DNA of 64,000 nt from an uncultured Chroococcidiopsis sp. (GCA_964248365.1 CAXTYC010000021.1:24412-88411), one strand, 5' to 3'; positions 40,285 through 51,530 are shown, counted from the first letter of the stretch. The notes: generated from the letters alone by a model not told the origin. Translations and numbers: made by a program.

Positions 40285-41538
40285 TTATTGAATGTCAAGT
40301 AGTTGGGAAGCAAATGCGATCGCTTCCTCTACTGTCGAAATTTTGCCTTCAATTTGTGCCAATTGAATTTGCAGCAAAAGTTCGCCTACAAGGGGACTAG
40401 ATGGCAATTTCAAGGCTTGCATTAAGTATTTACCAGTAATTAGCGGTGTGGGATGAGCGATTGGATCATTGGGGGTTAGATAGCGGTTAATCAGAGGGGA
40501 AATTGCGTATTGTGACACCCCAGCCGCTAGTGCTAGCACTACTACAACACAGAAAACTACTCCGGCTGTACGAAAGAAGAAAAATTGCTCGGCTAAAGTC
40601 ATCCGTTCTGGTGCAACTGTTTGTAGTTGCGGTAAAAGTTTAAGAGTTGTAGTTACACCTTTAATTTCAGCCCGACTGTAGGTTAAATTGATTAACTCAA
40701 GTTCTGCTATTTCTGGATTTGGGTTGACAAGTGTTGCAAGTTTTGCTACAGCTAACCAAGTTGTTTTGACGGTATCGCGCACTGCTTGGCAGAGTTCTGC
40801 ACTTAGTTGAGGATAGGTTTGTGTAAGTGTGGCTGCTGCACAGTCAACGGCTGCTAGTAGAATAAGATGCGATCGCGTTGCACTGGGAAACCATGTTGCA
40901 AGTAACCCATCTTCCCAAGCAGCTTGTATCCAAGGTGTTCCCTTAGCACTACTCAGGAGATACCCTAGTTCTACTCTTACTCTTTCAGCTGCAACGTTTG
41001 CCAAAAGAGGCGCAAGCTTGCGAATAACTGAGTGTGTATCCGGTTCGATGAGAAAATTTAACTGCCCAGCTTGGCGATATGCTCGTAATAGTCGTAAGGG
41101 ATCATCTTGCAGATTTGTAGGTGATATCATCCGCAGTAAACCCTGTTGCAAATCGGCGTAACCTTGCAGCGGATCGATAATTTCTCCGGTGTGAGGGTTG
41201 TAAGCGATCGCATTAATTGTATAATCTCGTCTTTGTAAATCAGTTTCTAGGCTAGATCCTACTGCTAGAGCAAAATCAACGGTTGCGTGTTTGAATACAA
41301 CTCTGGCAATCTGCCGCTGGGCATCAAGCAAGACAAAACCAGCTTTATAATGATGAGCGATCGCATGGGCTGTCTTTACTGCATTACTTAGAAGTACAAA
41401 ATCTAGATCCAAATACTCAGATTTTCTGCCCAGTAATGCATCGCGCACTGCACCACCTACCAGGTAAGCTGGTTGTGGTAGCCATTCGAGGCTAAAACAC
41501 CAAGTTGCAGGAGATAATGCAGTTAGAGAGTTAGACAT
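40285..41538 (-). CDS. tRNA nucleotidyltransferase (CCA/CC-adding enzyme family)
   Basis: AYLVGGAVRDALL, DLDF, DLQRRDYTINAIA, DDPLRLLRAYR; ATG at 41538. Confidence 0.92.
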   Translation of the reverse strand: MSNSLTALSPATWCFSLEWLPQPAYLVGGAVRDALLGRKSEYLDLDFVLLSNAVKTAHAIAHHYKAGFVLLDAQRQIARVVFKHATVDFALAVGSSLETDLQRRDYTINAIAYNPHTGEIIDPLQGYADLQQGLLRMISPTNLQDDPLRLLRAYRQAGQLNFLIEPDTHSVIRKLAPLLANVAAERVRVELGYLLSSAKGTPWIQAAWEDGLLATWFPSATRSHLILLAAVDCAAATLTQTYPQLSAELCQAVRDTVKTTWLAVAKLATLVNPNPEIAELELINLTYSRAEIKGVTTTLKLLPQLQTVAPERMTLAEQFFFFRTAGVVFCVVVVLALAAGVSQYAISPLINRYLTPNDPIAHPTPLITGKYLMQALKLPSSPLVGELLLQIQLAQIEGKISTVEEAIAFASQLLDIQ

Positions 41539-41621
41539 TGCAATAAAAATCAACCCAGCAGCTAACTAATAACTACCATAGGTAAGCTAAATTAGCATCA
41601 ATAGCCTCTGGAATCGGTTCT

Positions 41622-41870
41622 ATGTGTATTTGCGTGAACTGCCATTATGTAGATCGTTGCATGACCTATCATGCAGTAGAATACCAACATCAACAGCCCC
41701 ACTTAACTGAAACACCAGATTTTGAGCCAAATGAACCCAGCATTAATGTAAACATCCGCCCTATGGAGGATGTAATCGAGATGGAATGGGATGTAGTGGG
41801 TTGTCTTAGCTTTAAACGTGAGACGGGCAAATGGGCGAAGCTGCGACCTGGTGAGTTAGTGCCTACTTGA
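41622..41870 (+). CDS. ycf34: Ycf34 family Fe-S protein
   Basis: MCICVNCHYVDRCMTYHAVE...EWDVVGCLSF. Confidence 0.92.
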   Translation: MCICVNCHYVDRCMTYHAVEYQHQQPHLTETPDFEPNEPSINVNIRPMEDVIEMEWDVVGCLSFKRETGKWAKLRPGELVPT

Positions 41871-42031
41871 GAGGGGCTAGGGGCTAGAAAGGGGAAAAGG
41901 GAAAAGGGAAAAAGGTAAAGGGTAAAGGTAATTCGTAATTTGTAATTCGTAATTAATCATTCTCCCCTGATTCCCCCTCTCCCCTCTCCCATTCTCCCCA
42001 GCCCCCAGCCCCCAACCCCTAGCCCCTAATT

Positions 42032-42637
42032 ATGAAATACGGTCTTGCTATCCACACTACTAGTCCCGAACTAGGACTTGCTCTGAGCAATGAGGCAGGT
42101 GACTCGCGCTGTTCTACCTGGGAGTTGGGGCGATCGCTTGCTAGTCATTTGCACCACCATCTAGCTGAATTTATCCAGCCTCAAACTTGGTCAGATCTAG
42201 CTTTCATTGCTGTTGCAAAGGGACCTGGTGGATTTACTGGAACTAGAATCGGTGTTGTCACTGCCCGTACTCTGGCTCAACAGTTGGAGATTCCTCTGTT
42301 TACTGTTTCCACCTTGGCGGCTGTAGCTTGGTCGAATTGTCAAGAGGAAACCGTTGCTGTCCAAATGCCTGCCCAACGCGGTCAGCTATTTACAGCTATC
42401 TATCAAGTAATCCCAGGTGCGGGTTTAAATCCGTTGTTGCCTGATACAGTCATGATACCCCAGAAGTGGCAACAAACTCTCAACTCATGGTCTACTGGAT
42501 ATCAGCTAATTCAAGCCGAAGGTGGACTGGGTAGATCAGTTACGAGCTTGTTAGAACTAGCATACCTAGATTGGCAACAAGGAAAGCGCCTCTTTTGGTC
42601 GGAAGCACTGCCCTTTTACGGTCAACATCCAGTTTAG
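42032..42637 (+). CDS. tsaB: tRNA threonylcarbamoyladenosine biosynthesis protein TsaB
   Basis: LAIHTT, AVAKGPGGFTGTRIG. Confidence 0.9.
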   Translation: MKYGLAIHTTSPELGLALSNEAGDSRCSTWELGRSLASHLHHHLAEFIQPQTWSDLAFIAVAKGPGGFTGTRIGVVTARTLAQQLEIPLFTVSTLAAVAWSNCQEETVAVQMPAQRGQLFTAIYQVIPGAGLNPLLPDTVMIPQKWQQTLNSWSTGYQLIQAEGGLGRSVTSLLELAYLDWQQGKRLFWSEALPFYGQHPV

Positions 42638-42765
42638 TCAATTATCAGTTATCCATTATCGCGTTTTCGACACAATATCTCTGTTTTTATTGTTCATTGA
42701 TAATTATTTATTGATAATTGTTTCCCCTTTTCCCTTTTCCCTTTTCCCTAGCTTAAGTGGTATAA

Positions 42766-44796
42766 TTAGACAAAAGTAGTTTGTTTGGAAAGGTTAGCGA
42801 TCGCCTCTACCAATTGGGTAAAGTCAACTGGTTTGGACAGATGAAGCCCAAAGCCTGCACTGATAGCTTTGTCGCGGTCTGATTCTCTGGCATATCCAGA
42901 TAAAGCTATGGCAGGGGTATTACTGCCTTGCTCTGCTTCGAGCATTCTGATTTGGTGAATCAGACTATAGCCGTCTTCACCTGGCATTCCTAAATCACTA
43001 ACTAAGACATCTGGTTTGAAATATTTGAATGCTTTGAGTGCTTCATCAGCACACTGGGCTGCTATCACATCAGCTCCAGAGGCGCTTAGGGCGACAACTA
43101 AAAGATCGCGGTTGTCAGGATCATCATCAACGACTAGAATTTGTAAACCGTCCAGAGGCAAGGAGTAAGCTTGGGAAGCATCCCCATTGGCTCCTGTGTG
43201 AGATTGCTTCTTATCTTTTGCCTGCACAAGTGGCAGATGGACTGTGAAAGTCGTGCCTTTTCCTTCACCTGGACTATCAACGTGAAGCGTTCCACCATGA
43301 AATTCTACCAAGTGACGCGCGATCGCAAGTCCCAGCCCTAAACCACCATATGCCCTTGTGGTTGAGCTATTCTGCTGGCGAAAGCGGTCAAATACATAGG
43401 GTAAAAACTCAGGAGGAATGCCGATACCTGTGTCGATTACTTGAATTTGCGCGTAGCTGGTAATTGGTAAAGAGTAATTGGTGGTTGTTTTTTTAATTTC
43501 CACCTGATTACTTACTATCTTTGATAGTCTGATTTCGACTCGTCCCCCTGCTGGTGTGAACTTGACAGCATTGGAGAGGAGATTCCACACAACTTGCTGT
43601 AAGCGGCTAGGATCACCATTGACCAATCCTACCGAATTATCCACAATAGCCCTTAAGTGAATTGCTTTTGCCTCAGCAGCAGCTCGTATCGTCTCAATCG
43701 ATTCCTTAATGATGGGTACAAGATTAGTTGGGGACACATTTATGCTGAACTTACCCTGAATCATAGAGGATATATCCAACAAATCTTCTACTAAATGCTT
43801 TTGCACTTTAGCATTGCGCTCAATTGTCTCCAAGGCGCGATCTATGGTAGATTGCTCAAACTTAGAGCTACGAAGTATCTGAGACCAACCTAAGATAGCA
43901 TTGAGGGGAGTGCGAAGTTCGTGGGAGAGGACTGCCAAAAACTCATCTTTCAGGCGGTTTGCTTGGTGCAAACTTTCTGCTTGTTGGCGCAGTGTCGCTT
44001 CCATTTGCTTGGTGGAAGTGATATCTGTATGGGAACCTACCATCCTAGTAGGGTTTCCGGCTGCGTCCCATAGTGCCTTACCCCGTGACAAAATCCATTT
44101 ATAGTCACCGTCCTTAGATTGCATCCGAAACTCTGCTCTGTAAAACTCGGTTTTTTTGGCAAAATGGTCTTGAATCGCTTGATTTACCCAAGCCAAATCA
44201 TCTGAATATACTAAGTCTGACCAGGCATCTAATCTATTGGCAACTTCGTGATCTTCGTAACCGAGCATTTCCTTCCATCGAGCTGAGAAGAAAACTTCAT
44301 TGGTTTTGACATTCCAGTCCCAAATACCATCATTTGTCCCAGACAAAGCTAATTGCCAACGGTCTTGACTGTCTTTGAGTTCTGATTGTATCAGAGTGCG
44401 ATCGCGTCGGCTTGCTGCTTCTTGTAATTCTCGCTCAATTGCAGGTACTAGCCGCGACAAATTCCCTTTCATTAAATAGTCGTGCGCCCCTGCTTTCATT
44501 GCGCCAACTGCAATTTCGTCGTTGATATTGCCTGAAACAATAATAAACGGCAAGTCCTGCCCTTTTTCCTGCAACAATGCTAAGGCGGTAGTAGCGTCAA
44601 ACCGAGGTAGAGAATGATCGGCAAGCACAACATCCCACTGTTGTTGCTCTAAAGCTGTAGTCATGGTAACTGCATTGTCTACCCGCTGATATATTGGAGC
44701 GTACCCGCCACGTTCTAGCTGGTTCAAAATTAACTCAGTATCGTCCTCTGAGTCTTCAACTATCAAAACACGTAGGGGTTTACTCATGCCAATCAA
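42766..44796 (-). CDS. Hybrid sensor histidine kinase (REC-PAS-HisKA-HATPase-REC)
   Basis: N-terminal REC, DGIWDWN PAS, SHELRTPLNAILGW, GLGLGLAI, C-terminal REC. Confidence 0.92.
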   Translation of the reverse strand: MIGMSKPLRVLIVEDSEDDTELILNQLERGGYAPIYQRVDNAVTMTTALEQQQWDVVLADHSLPRFDATTALALLQEKGQDLPFIIVSGNINDEIAVGAMKAGAHDYLMKGNLSRLVPAIERELQEAASRRDRTLIQSELKDSQDRWQLALSGTNDGIWDWNVKTNEVFFSARWKEMLGYEDHEVANRLDAWSDLVYSDDLAWVNQAIQDHFAKKTEFYRAEFRMQSKDGDYKWILSRGKALWDAAGNPTRMVGSHTDITSTKQMEATLRQQAESLHQANRLKDEFLAVLSHELRTPLNAILGWSQILRSSKFEQSTIDRALETIERNAKVQKHLVEDLLDISSMIQGKFSINVSPTNLVPIIKESIETIRAAAEAKAIHLRAIVDNSVGLVNGDPSRLQQVVWNLLSNAVKFTPAGGRVEIRLSKIVSNQVEIKKTTTNYSLPITSYAQIQVIDTGIGIPPEFLPYVFDRFRQQNSSTTRAYGGLGLGLAIARHLVEFHGGTLHVDSPGEGKGTTFTVHLPLVQAKDKKQSHTGANGDASQAYSLPLDGLQILVVDDDPDNRDLLVVALSASGADVIAAQCADEALKAFKYFKPDVLVSDLGMPGEDGYSLIHQIRMLEAEQGSNTPAIALSGYARESDRDKAISAGFGLHLSKPVDFTQLVEAIANLSKQTTFV

Positions 44797-44799
44797 TTA

Positions 44800-45237
44800 T
44801 CAATCAGGTAGAGCTTGATTTAAACTAAGCCAGTAGACTCCTAGTTGCTCTGTTGCTTCGAGAAATTCGGTAAAGTCTACAGGTTTACGAACATAGCTAT
44901 TGCAGCCTAGCTTGTAGCTATTAACAATGTCTTGATCCTCCTTTGATGTAGTCAGAACAACGACGGGAAGCAGCCCAGTTCGTTCATCACTACGTAAGCG
45001 GCGTAATACCTCTAATCCACTAATTTTGGGCAGTTTTAAATCTAGCAAAATTACAGCAGGCTTGTCACTAATATCACGATTAGCGTAGATACCAGTGCCA
45101 AATAAATAGTCTAGCGCTTCCGCACCATCCCTTACTACTTTTATCTCGCTATCAATGCCTTTTTGCTCGAATGCCATTATAGTTAGTTCTTCATCGTCAC
45201 GATTGTCTTCTACCAAAAGAATGAATTTTTTAGCCAT
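44800..45237 (-). CDS. Single-domain response regulator (Rcp-like)
   Basis: ILLVEDN, ILLDLKLPK, VVVLTTS, NSYVRKPVDF; start ATG 45237, as the ORF-track extension lies in a repeat. Confidence 0.92.
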   Translation of the reverse strand: MAKKFILLVEDNRDDEELTIMAFEQKGIDSEIKVVRDGAEALDYLFGTGIYANRDISDKPAVILLDLKLPKISGLEVLRRLRSDERTGLLPVVVLTTSKEDQDIVNSYKLGCNSYVRKPVDFTEFLEATEQLGVYWLSLNQALPD

Positions 45238-45562
45238 ATAAATTAGACCTGTTGCACTCGTTTTTTTGTTTCTCGCAATAGACTTGGACACCCAGGTGGG
45301 CGGGTTTCCCGACAGGAGGCAAAGTGTCCGCGCAAAGCCGCGATCGTTCGGACGCAAAAAGTCTCGCTAAGCTTCTTATGCAATACGTCTATTGATGAAA
45401 ACTAGATTTTTAAAGTCCCTTGAATTCCTCTTAATTGGTTAGTTAGGAGGTGAGGAGTCAGGAGTTGTGAAGGTAAAAAGGTGAGGAAGTGAGGAGTTAT
45501 GAATATATAATTTCCCTTTTCCCTTTTCCCTTTGCCCTTTTCCCTTTCCCCTTTCCCCTAAG

Positions 45563-48223
45563 TTATAGTGTGAAGTAAAATGTAGCGCCTTGCTCAACCG
45601 CACTTTCTGCCCACAATTGACCACCATGTCGGTGGATGATACGCTTAACTGTTGCCAATCCAATGCCAGTACCTGGAAATTCATCTACGGTATGCAGACG
45701 CTGAAAGGCTCCAAATAATTTGTCAGCATATGCCATGTCAAAACCTGCTCCATTGTCGCTCACAAAGTAGACCGTTGTGCCGTCGGGCTGTAAAAAAGTG
45801 CCAAATTCTATCTTTGAATATAATTTTTTTGATGTAAATTTCCAAGCATTGTTAAGTAGATTCTCGAACACCACTTTTAACAGCCGCGAATCTCCCTGCG
45901 TCACTACGTTAGGAGCAATGATAAATTCAACTTGACGTTCGGGTTGTGTGTGTGAGAGATTTTGTGCGATCGCTTCCACCATTCGACTCAAATCCACAGT
46001 CTGATATTCCATCTGACTGCGCGTTACTCTGGAAAGATTAAGCAAATCGTCAATCAGTTCCCCCATTCGCTGACTAGCAGTACGCACTCGTTGCAAATAG
46101 TGTTTGCCTTTGTCATCAAGTTGTGAATCATAGCGTTCTAGTAGTGCCAAACTAAAGCCGTCAATAGTGCGTAGTGGGGCGCGTAAGTCATGAGACACTG
46201 AATAGGAAAACGCTTCGAGTTCCTTATTTGCTGCTTCGAGTTGTGCTGTACGTTCTTCTACGCGGCGTTCTAAGTTTTGATTTAGTTCTTTAATTTGTTC
46301 TTCGGCTTGCTTGCGTTCTGTAATATCACGACCAATGCCGACAACACCTATCGCTTCACCTCGTTCGTTGCGACAGAGTGTTTTTACAGTTAAAAAAGTT
46401 CGTAATTCGCCTCGCTCTGAAACAATGTCCTCATAGGTCTGATTATCTCCAGAAGCAATTATTTCCCGTTCGTTTTGCATAATCGCCAATCCGATTTCGT
46501 AGGGAAATATTTCTGTGTCATCCTTACCGACAATTTCCTCTTGGGGCTTTCCAACCACATTTGCACCAGCCGAGTTGATGAACAGATAGCGACTTTGTAG
46601 ATCCTTCATGAAGATAGCATCCATCGTGCCTTCAATCACAGCCCGTAATATACTATTGCTTTCTTGCAGCGCTGTTTGTGCAAACTTGCGATCGCTAATA
46701 TCGTCACAAATGCCAACCCATTCTCGAACAGAACCATCTGCATTCAGAACTGGCACTCCGCGTACTGTAAAGTAGCCATAGCTGCCATCGTAGCGCCGTA
46801 TTCGGTATTCAGTCTCATAAACGCTTTTGGTTTCAACTGCATCCATCCAAAGTTTTGCTGTCTTTTCGCGGTCATCTGGATGCAGTGCTGACAACCAGCC
46901 CCGACCTTGAATTTCTGTTTCAGTCTGACCAGTAATAGCTCTCCACAGGGGGATGTCACTGACAACTTCGCCTTGAGCGTTCGTAGTCCAAACATTCTGT
47001 GCAAAGGCAAACACCAAAGAGCGATAACGTTGATTGCTTACTAATAGCTCTTGCTCTTTTTGAGTCAGCGAACGAACTAGCTTGCTTAAGGAATGGGAGA
47101 GAATGGCGATTTCATCCTTTCCCCGAACTAGGGGAATCTTGATAGTTGTATCGCCTTTTTGAATGCAATCTGCTGCCCGTGCGATCGCTAGCATAGGCTT
47201 AGTTATTTGGTCGGCAATCATCCAGCCGATGATTGCCAACAGTACGCCCAATCCGTTAGTGAGAATGAATATCTGCCGTTCGAGTTGTCTAGCGGGAGCA
47301 AAGGCAATATTGCTTTTTTGCCGCACCAGCACAAGCCAACCTAACCCAGGATATTGACGGTAGCCCTTACTTCGAGCAAATCCAGTTAGATAAGATTTTC
47401 CGTCGCCCCAAGTCTCAACCACATAGCGATTTTGACCAGCTAGGGCTGCCTTAACGCTCTTTAGACTCAGCTTTTGTGATTCTAGCGCTCCTAACAATAC
47501 AGTACCATCTTGACTGAGAACTAGCACTTCCACAGAATCATTCCCAGTTGCTTGCCGAAGCGATTTTTCCACCTCCCGCGCCCATGTCCAGTTGAGATGA
47601 GCGCCCAAAACACCCTGGAACTTACCGCTATCGCTCACAGGTGCAGCCACATCGACCAGACGCAGCGGTTCTTGGGTAGGATTGGGGAGAACCGCCAAAA
47701 ACTTGGCTGGATGGACATCACCCACATAATTACCAGTTTGTCCTTTTTGAAACCAAGGACGCGATCGCACATCTTTGCCTTCCAACACTTTACCCGTACT
47801 GACTAATACTTTCCCCTGTTGGTCAGTCAACCCAATCCAGGCATAGTCAGGATAAGTGGTACTTTGCAGCTTCTCCAGCAACGAACGCTTGGCAGACACT
47901 GGCTCGTCTGGATTTTGAATCAAATCGATTGTGGTGATAATTTGAATATCCCGATAGCGCTCAAACATTCCCCGATCAAGTTTATCAGTCATCTGGTAAG
48001 CTAAAGAAGCCAGATCTTGTCCGATGATGGCTTCCATTTGGCAACTGGCCACAATGCCGACAATCGAACTTGCCAAAATTGAGAAAATCAAGGCGATACC
48101 ACCAATTGCTAATCCTAATCTCGCTTTGAGGCTGCGATCGGGATTAATTGCCTTGGCAGAGCGGAAGAATGCAAGCATATTGACCAAGAAATTGTCTCCT
48201 AACACAGGAGATGACAAAACCAA
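45563..48223 (-). CDS. Cache-HAMP-PAS-PAS sensor histidine kinase
   Basis: Two TMs flanking a Cache domain, HAMP, two PAS, FSYSVSHDLRAPLR, DNGAGFD, GTGIGLA. Confidence 0.92.
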   Translation of the reverse strand: MVLSSPVLGDNFLVNMLAFFRSAKAINPDRSLKARLGLAIGGIALIFSILASSIVGIVASCQMEAIIGQDLASLAYQMTDKLDRGMFERYRDIQIITTIDLIQNPDEPVSAKRSLLEKLQSTTYPDYAWIGLTDQQGKVLVSTGKVLEGKDVRSRPWFQKGQTGNYVGDVHPAKFLAVLPNPTQEPLRLVDVAAPVSDSGKFQGVLGAHLNWTWAREVEKSLRQATGNDSVEVLVLSQDGTVLLGALESQKLSLKSVKAALAGQNRYVVETWGDGKSYLTGFARSKGYRQYPGLGWLVLVRQKSNIAFAPARQLERQIFILTNGLGVLLAIIGWMIADQITKPMLAIARAADCIQKGDTTIKIPLVRGKDEIAILSHSLSKLVRSLTQKEQELLVSNQRYRSLVFAFAQNVWTTNAQGEVVSDIPLWRAITGQTETEIQGRGWLSALHPDDREKTAKLWMDAVETKSVYETEYRIRRYDGSYGYFTVRGVPVLNADGSVREWVGICDDISDRKFAQTALQESNSILRAVIEGTMDAIFMKDLQSRYLFINSAGANVVGKPQEEIVGKDDTEIFPYEIGLAIMQNEREIIASGDNQTYEDIVSERGELRTFLTVKTLCRNERGEAIGVVGIGRDITERKQAEEQIKELNQNLERRVEERTAQLEAANKELEAFSYSVSHDLRAPLRTIDGFSLALLERYDSQLDDKGKHYLQRVRTASQRMGELIDDLLNLSRVTRSQMEYQTVDLSRMVEAIAQNLSHTQPERQVEFIIAPNVVTQGDSRLLKVVFENLLNNAWKFTSKKLYSKIEFGTFLQPDGTTVYFVSDNGAGFDMAYADKLFGAFQRLHTVDEFPGTGIGLATVKRIIHRHGGQLWAESAVEQGATFYFTL

Positions 48224-48754
48224 AATTGAATTAGCGCATATATAATTTATCCGTTAGTCCCACAAATAACATTACTTATTTTTGCTGGTGTTGCAAAAAG
48301 ACAAAAATGATCGTGTCACGCAAAGACGAGGACACTTGCGTGCGGGGGTTCCCCCGCCCACGCAAAGTGTCCGGTGCAAAGGCGCTAAGGTAATAAGTTT
48401 CACTTATTGTCACTTCGAGTTGAATTCTGGTTTTGCTTATGTAAGCAGCACTGCCATTGCAATAATTCTTTATAACCACCCGAAAATTGTAATATTAGGC
48501 AATAAAACGACCCTTAACTGCAATTAATTCTCAGTTATTTGACGAATTTGCGCTGTTTGAGGACTTGACCAATTTTAGTATTTTTGATATTTTCAAATTC
48601 TAGGTATATGATTAGCGAATCCTATTACCTTTTTTAGGTAAGCTTTAAATTAAATAAAATACTTCACCCAACTCATGTTGGCACAAAACTTATAATAATT
48701 TTTCTTATCACCTTAGCGTCTTTGCGCCTTTGCGTGAAACTATAACCTAAACAC

Positions 48755-49870
48755 CTAACGCCGGACACTACGGGGGTCGAGTGCATCTCGTAGACCATCA
48801 CCCAACAAATTAAAAGCTAGGACGGTCAAGATAATTAACAAAGCCGGAGGCCAAACTAGCCAGGGTTGCAGCACTAAAATTGATGCATTCGTTGCTAGAG
48901 ATAGCATATTTCCCCACGAGGGGTCTGGCTGTTGGATTCCCAGACCAATTAGGCTCAAGACCGATTCTGCCACGATGAAACCTGGAATTGCCAGAGTCGC
49001 CGTGATAATTATATATGTAGCTGTTTGCGGTAAAACGTGACGGACGATAATGTAAAAAGCATTCGCCCCCATTGCTTTAGCTGCTTGCACAAATTCTCGC
49101 TCTTTAATGGATAAAACTTGTCCTCGAATTACCCTGGCAAGTCCTGCCCAACCAATAAACGAAGTAATCAAAATAATTAGCCCGAAACGTTGGGCGCTGG
49201 TTAGTCCTGGTGGTAAAACTGCGGCTAAGGCTACAAGCAGATAAATACTGGGAATGGTCATGATCACTTCGACAAAGCGCATTATAACGCTATCAATCCA
49301 GCCGCCGAAGTAGCCTGAGATGCCACCAATTAGCATACCAAGGGGAAATTGAATTGCAATTCCGATTAAACCAATGCTCAGACTAATGCGTCCGCCATGT
49401 AACAGGCGACTAAATTGATCGCGCCCTTGCTCGTCGGTTCCCAACAGGTTAAATTTAGCCCCTCCAGTTGTGCCGAACAAGTGTAGATTACAAGGAATGC
49501 CTGGGAATATTTCCACTTCGTCAAAGTTGGAACCTACGGGCAAAGTTAGCCCAAATAGATTGTAGGTGGAACCAGTCACAAAAAAGCGAAGCTTGTCAGG
49601 CTTTTGACGGTTTACAATTAGCAAGCGATCGCCCGTTTTTAAGTCAGTCTTTCCCTGAGTGGTGGGATAAACGTGTGGTCCTATAAACTCTCCTGCTGCG
49701 TTACGCCAATAAATTTGCGTTGGTGGTAGCAATGAACCATTGAGCTGAGAGTCATAAGGGTCGTAAGGGGCAACAAAATCAGCTGCAATCACTGCCAGGT
49801 AAAAGATTAACAGCAACACAGCCCCGAACTTTGCCAATGGGTTCTTTTTGAGTCGCTGCCACCAATTCAT
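48755..49870 (-). CDS. Peptide ABC transporter permease (OppC/DppC family)
   Basis: LGTDEQGRDQFSRL, EAA-like loop EFVQAAKAMGA, FNLLGDGLRDALDPR. Confidence 0.92.
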   Translation of the reverse strand: MNWWQRLKKNPLAKFGAVLLLIFYLAVIAADFVAPYDPYDSQLNGSLLPPTQIYWRNAAGEFIGPHVYPTTQGKTDLKTGDRLLIVNRQKPDKLRFFVTGSTYNLFGLTLPVGSNFDEVEIFPGIPCNLHLFGTTGGAKFNLLGTDEQGRDQFSRLLHGGRISLSIGLIGIAIQFPLGMLIGGISGYFGGWIDSVIMRFVEVIMTIPSIYLLVALAAVLPPGLTSAQRFGLIILITSFIGWAGLARVIRGQVLSIKEREFVQAAKAMGANAFYIIVRHVLPQTATYIIITATLAIPGFIVAESVLSLIGLGIQQPDPSWGNMLSLATNASILVLQPWLVWPPALLIILTVLAFNLLGDGLRDALDPRSVRR

Positions 49871-50082
49871 ATTTGCTCCTAAAAGTCAAGACTTCTGAAT
49901 TTGAACGGCTAAGTAATCTAGGCTACACTAGCTGTGCCTAGATAAAATGTGTTTATTCTTACTTTAGTCTTAGCTAGCCACAACCGGAATGTTTCATCAT
50001 AAAATAAAGGATAGTAAATAATTGTAAAGTTTATTAATCAGGAACTAACTAAGGTTGTGGCTGGTCGTGGAGACATACCCCT

Positions 50083-51384
50083 GTGCGTAAATTTGTGGAA
50101 GAATCAGAAAAATTCGAGACTGATCAAGATCTAGATATTGAGCGGGAAATTCCCAGACAGCACAAGGGTAAGCAGTTACCTGGCTGGTTACTACCTTTGT
50201 TGGTTGGTACTGGTTTAGGGATAGCGATCGCTCTTGGTGGAACTCGTCTGCTACCTCGTCCGGTTGCCAATCCGAATCAAACTAAGCCCCTACAAGCTCA
50301 ACTTGCACCGAGTATGAGCGTTACACTTGCACCTGTTGAAAGGACGCTGGTAGTCCGTAAGCTCAACGTAACAGGTACAGTAGCCGCTCAAAATCTAATA
50401 GCTGTTTTGCCCCAAGTAACAGGCTTACAGATCAGGCAAATCCTGGTCGATGAAGGAGATTTTGTTAAAGCCGGACAAGTGATGGCGGTGCTAGATAATT
50501 CTGTCCTACAAGCTCAAATCGGGCAGGCAAAGGCAGATGTAGAATCAAAATCTGCTGTTGTCAAGCAAAGACTTGCTGCCTTGGCGCAAGCCCGTGCAAC
50601 ATTGGCAGACGCACAACGCACGTTTGAGCGAAATGTGCAGCTAGCAAATGCTGGCGCAATCAGTCGTCAAGAATTGGATACTCGTACTACAACAGTTGCC
50701 ACAGCAAGAGAAGCAGTCCGTGTTGCCCAGGCTAATATTAACAGCGCCGAGGCAGATGTCCGCAGTAGCATTGCCCGTGTGCAACAACTGCAAACTCAGC
50801 TAGAACAAACAACAATTCGCGCTCCTGGTGCGGGAATTGTAGCACAGAAAAACGTTGAAATTGGTAATGTTGCAGGAACGCAACAACTGTTTTCGATTAT
50901 TCAAAACGGGCAATTGGAACTGCTTGCTCAAGTTCCCGCCACCCAACTGCCACAAGTACGAATTGGGGCGATCGCTAAAATTACCTCGGATACCGATCAG
51001 CGTGTGCGCTTGCAGGGGAAAGTGAGAGAAATAGCGCCCCTGATTAATGAGCAAAGCCGTCAAGCAACGGTGAAAATTAATATACCACAAACCGAGTTGC
51101 TACGACCTGGAATGTTTGCTCGTGCCGCAATCAATACTACAACAGTGCCAGGGATAGCCGTTCCTGCTAAAGCAGTTGTACCTCAACCCGATGGCAGTTC
51201 AGCTGTCTTCCTGCTAACGAATGAGGATAGAGTTCAAGCGAAACTCGTAGAAGTGGGAGACGTTCTGATCGATGGCAAAGTGGAAATTAGAAAAGGTTTA
51301 AAACCTGGTGAGCGCGTTGTTGTCGCAGGTGCAGGATATCTTAAGGATGGCGATCGCATCCGCATTGTAGGGGCTGGAGGCTAG
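50083..51384 (+). CDS. RND efflux periplasmic adaptor (membrane fusion protein)
   Basis: VDEGDFVKAGQV, coiled coil, IRAPGAG, LRPGMFA, GLKPGERVV. Confidence 0.92.
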   Translation: MRKFVEESEKFETDQDLDIEREIPRQHKGKQLPGWLLPLLVGTGLGIAIALGGTRLLPRPVANPNQTKPLQAQLAPSMSVTLAPVERTLVVRKLNVTGTVAAQNLIAVLPQVTGLQIRQILVDEGDFVKAGQVMAVLDNSVLQAQIGQAKADVESKSAVVKQRLAALAQARATLADAQRTFERNVQLANAGAISRQELDTRTTTVATAREAVRVAQANINSAEADVRSSIARVQQLQTQLEQTTIRAPGAGIVAQKNVEIGNVAGTQQLFSIIQNGQLELLAQVPATQLPQVRIGAIAKITSDTDQRVRLQGKVREIAPLINEQSRQATVKINIPQTELLRPGMFARAAINTTTVPGIAVPAKAVVPQPDGSSAVFLLTNEDRVQAKLVEVGDVLIDGKVEIRKGLKPGERVVVAGAGYLKDGDRIRIVGAGG

Positions 51385-51530
51385 AAGAGGGCAGGGGGGC
51401 AGAGGGGAAAATTGTTAATTTATACTTGCTGCTTTACATCCTTTTCCCTTTCTCCTTTCTAGCCCCAGCGCCCCTAGCCCCTAACCCCTAACCCCAACGC
51501 CCCTAACCCCTAGCCCCTAGCCCCTCACTT

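Noticed and set aside
45238..45357. N-terminal extension of the response regulator ORF
   Set aside because: Derived from a dispersed repeat; the REC domain begins at MAKKFILL.
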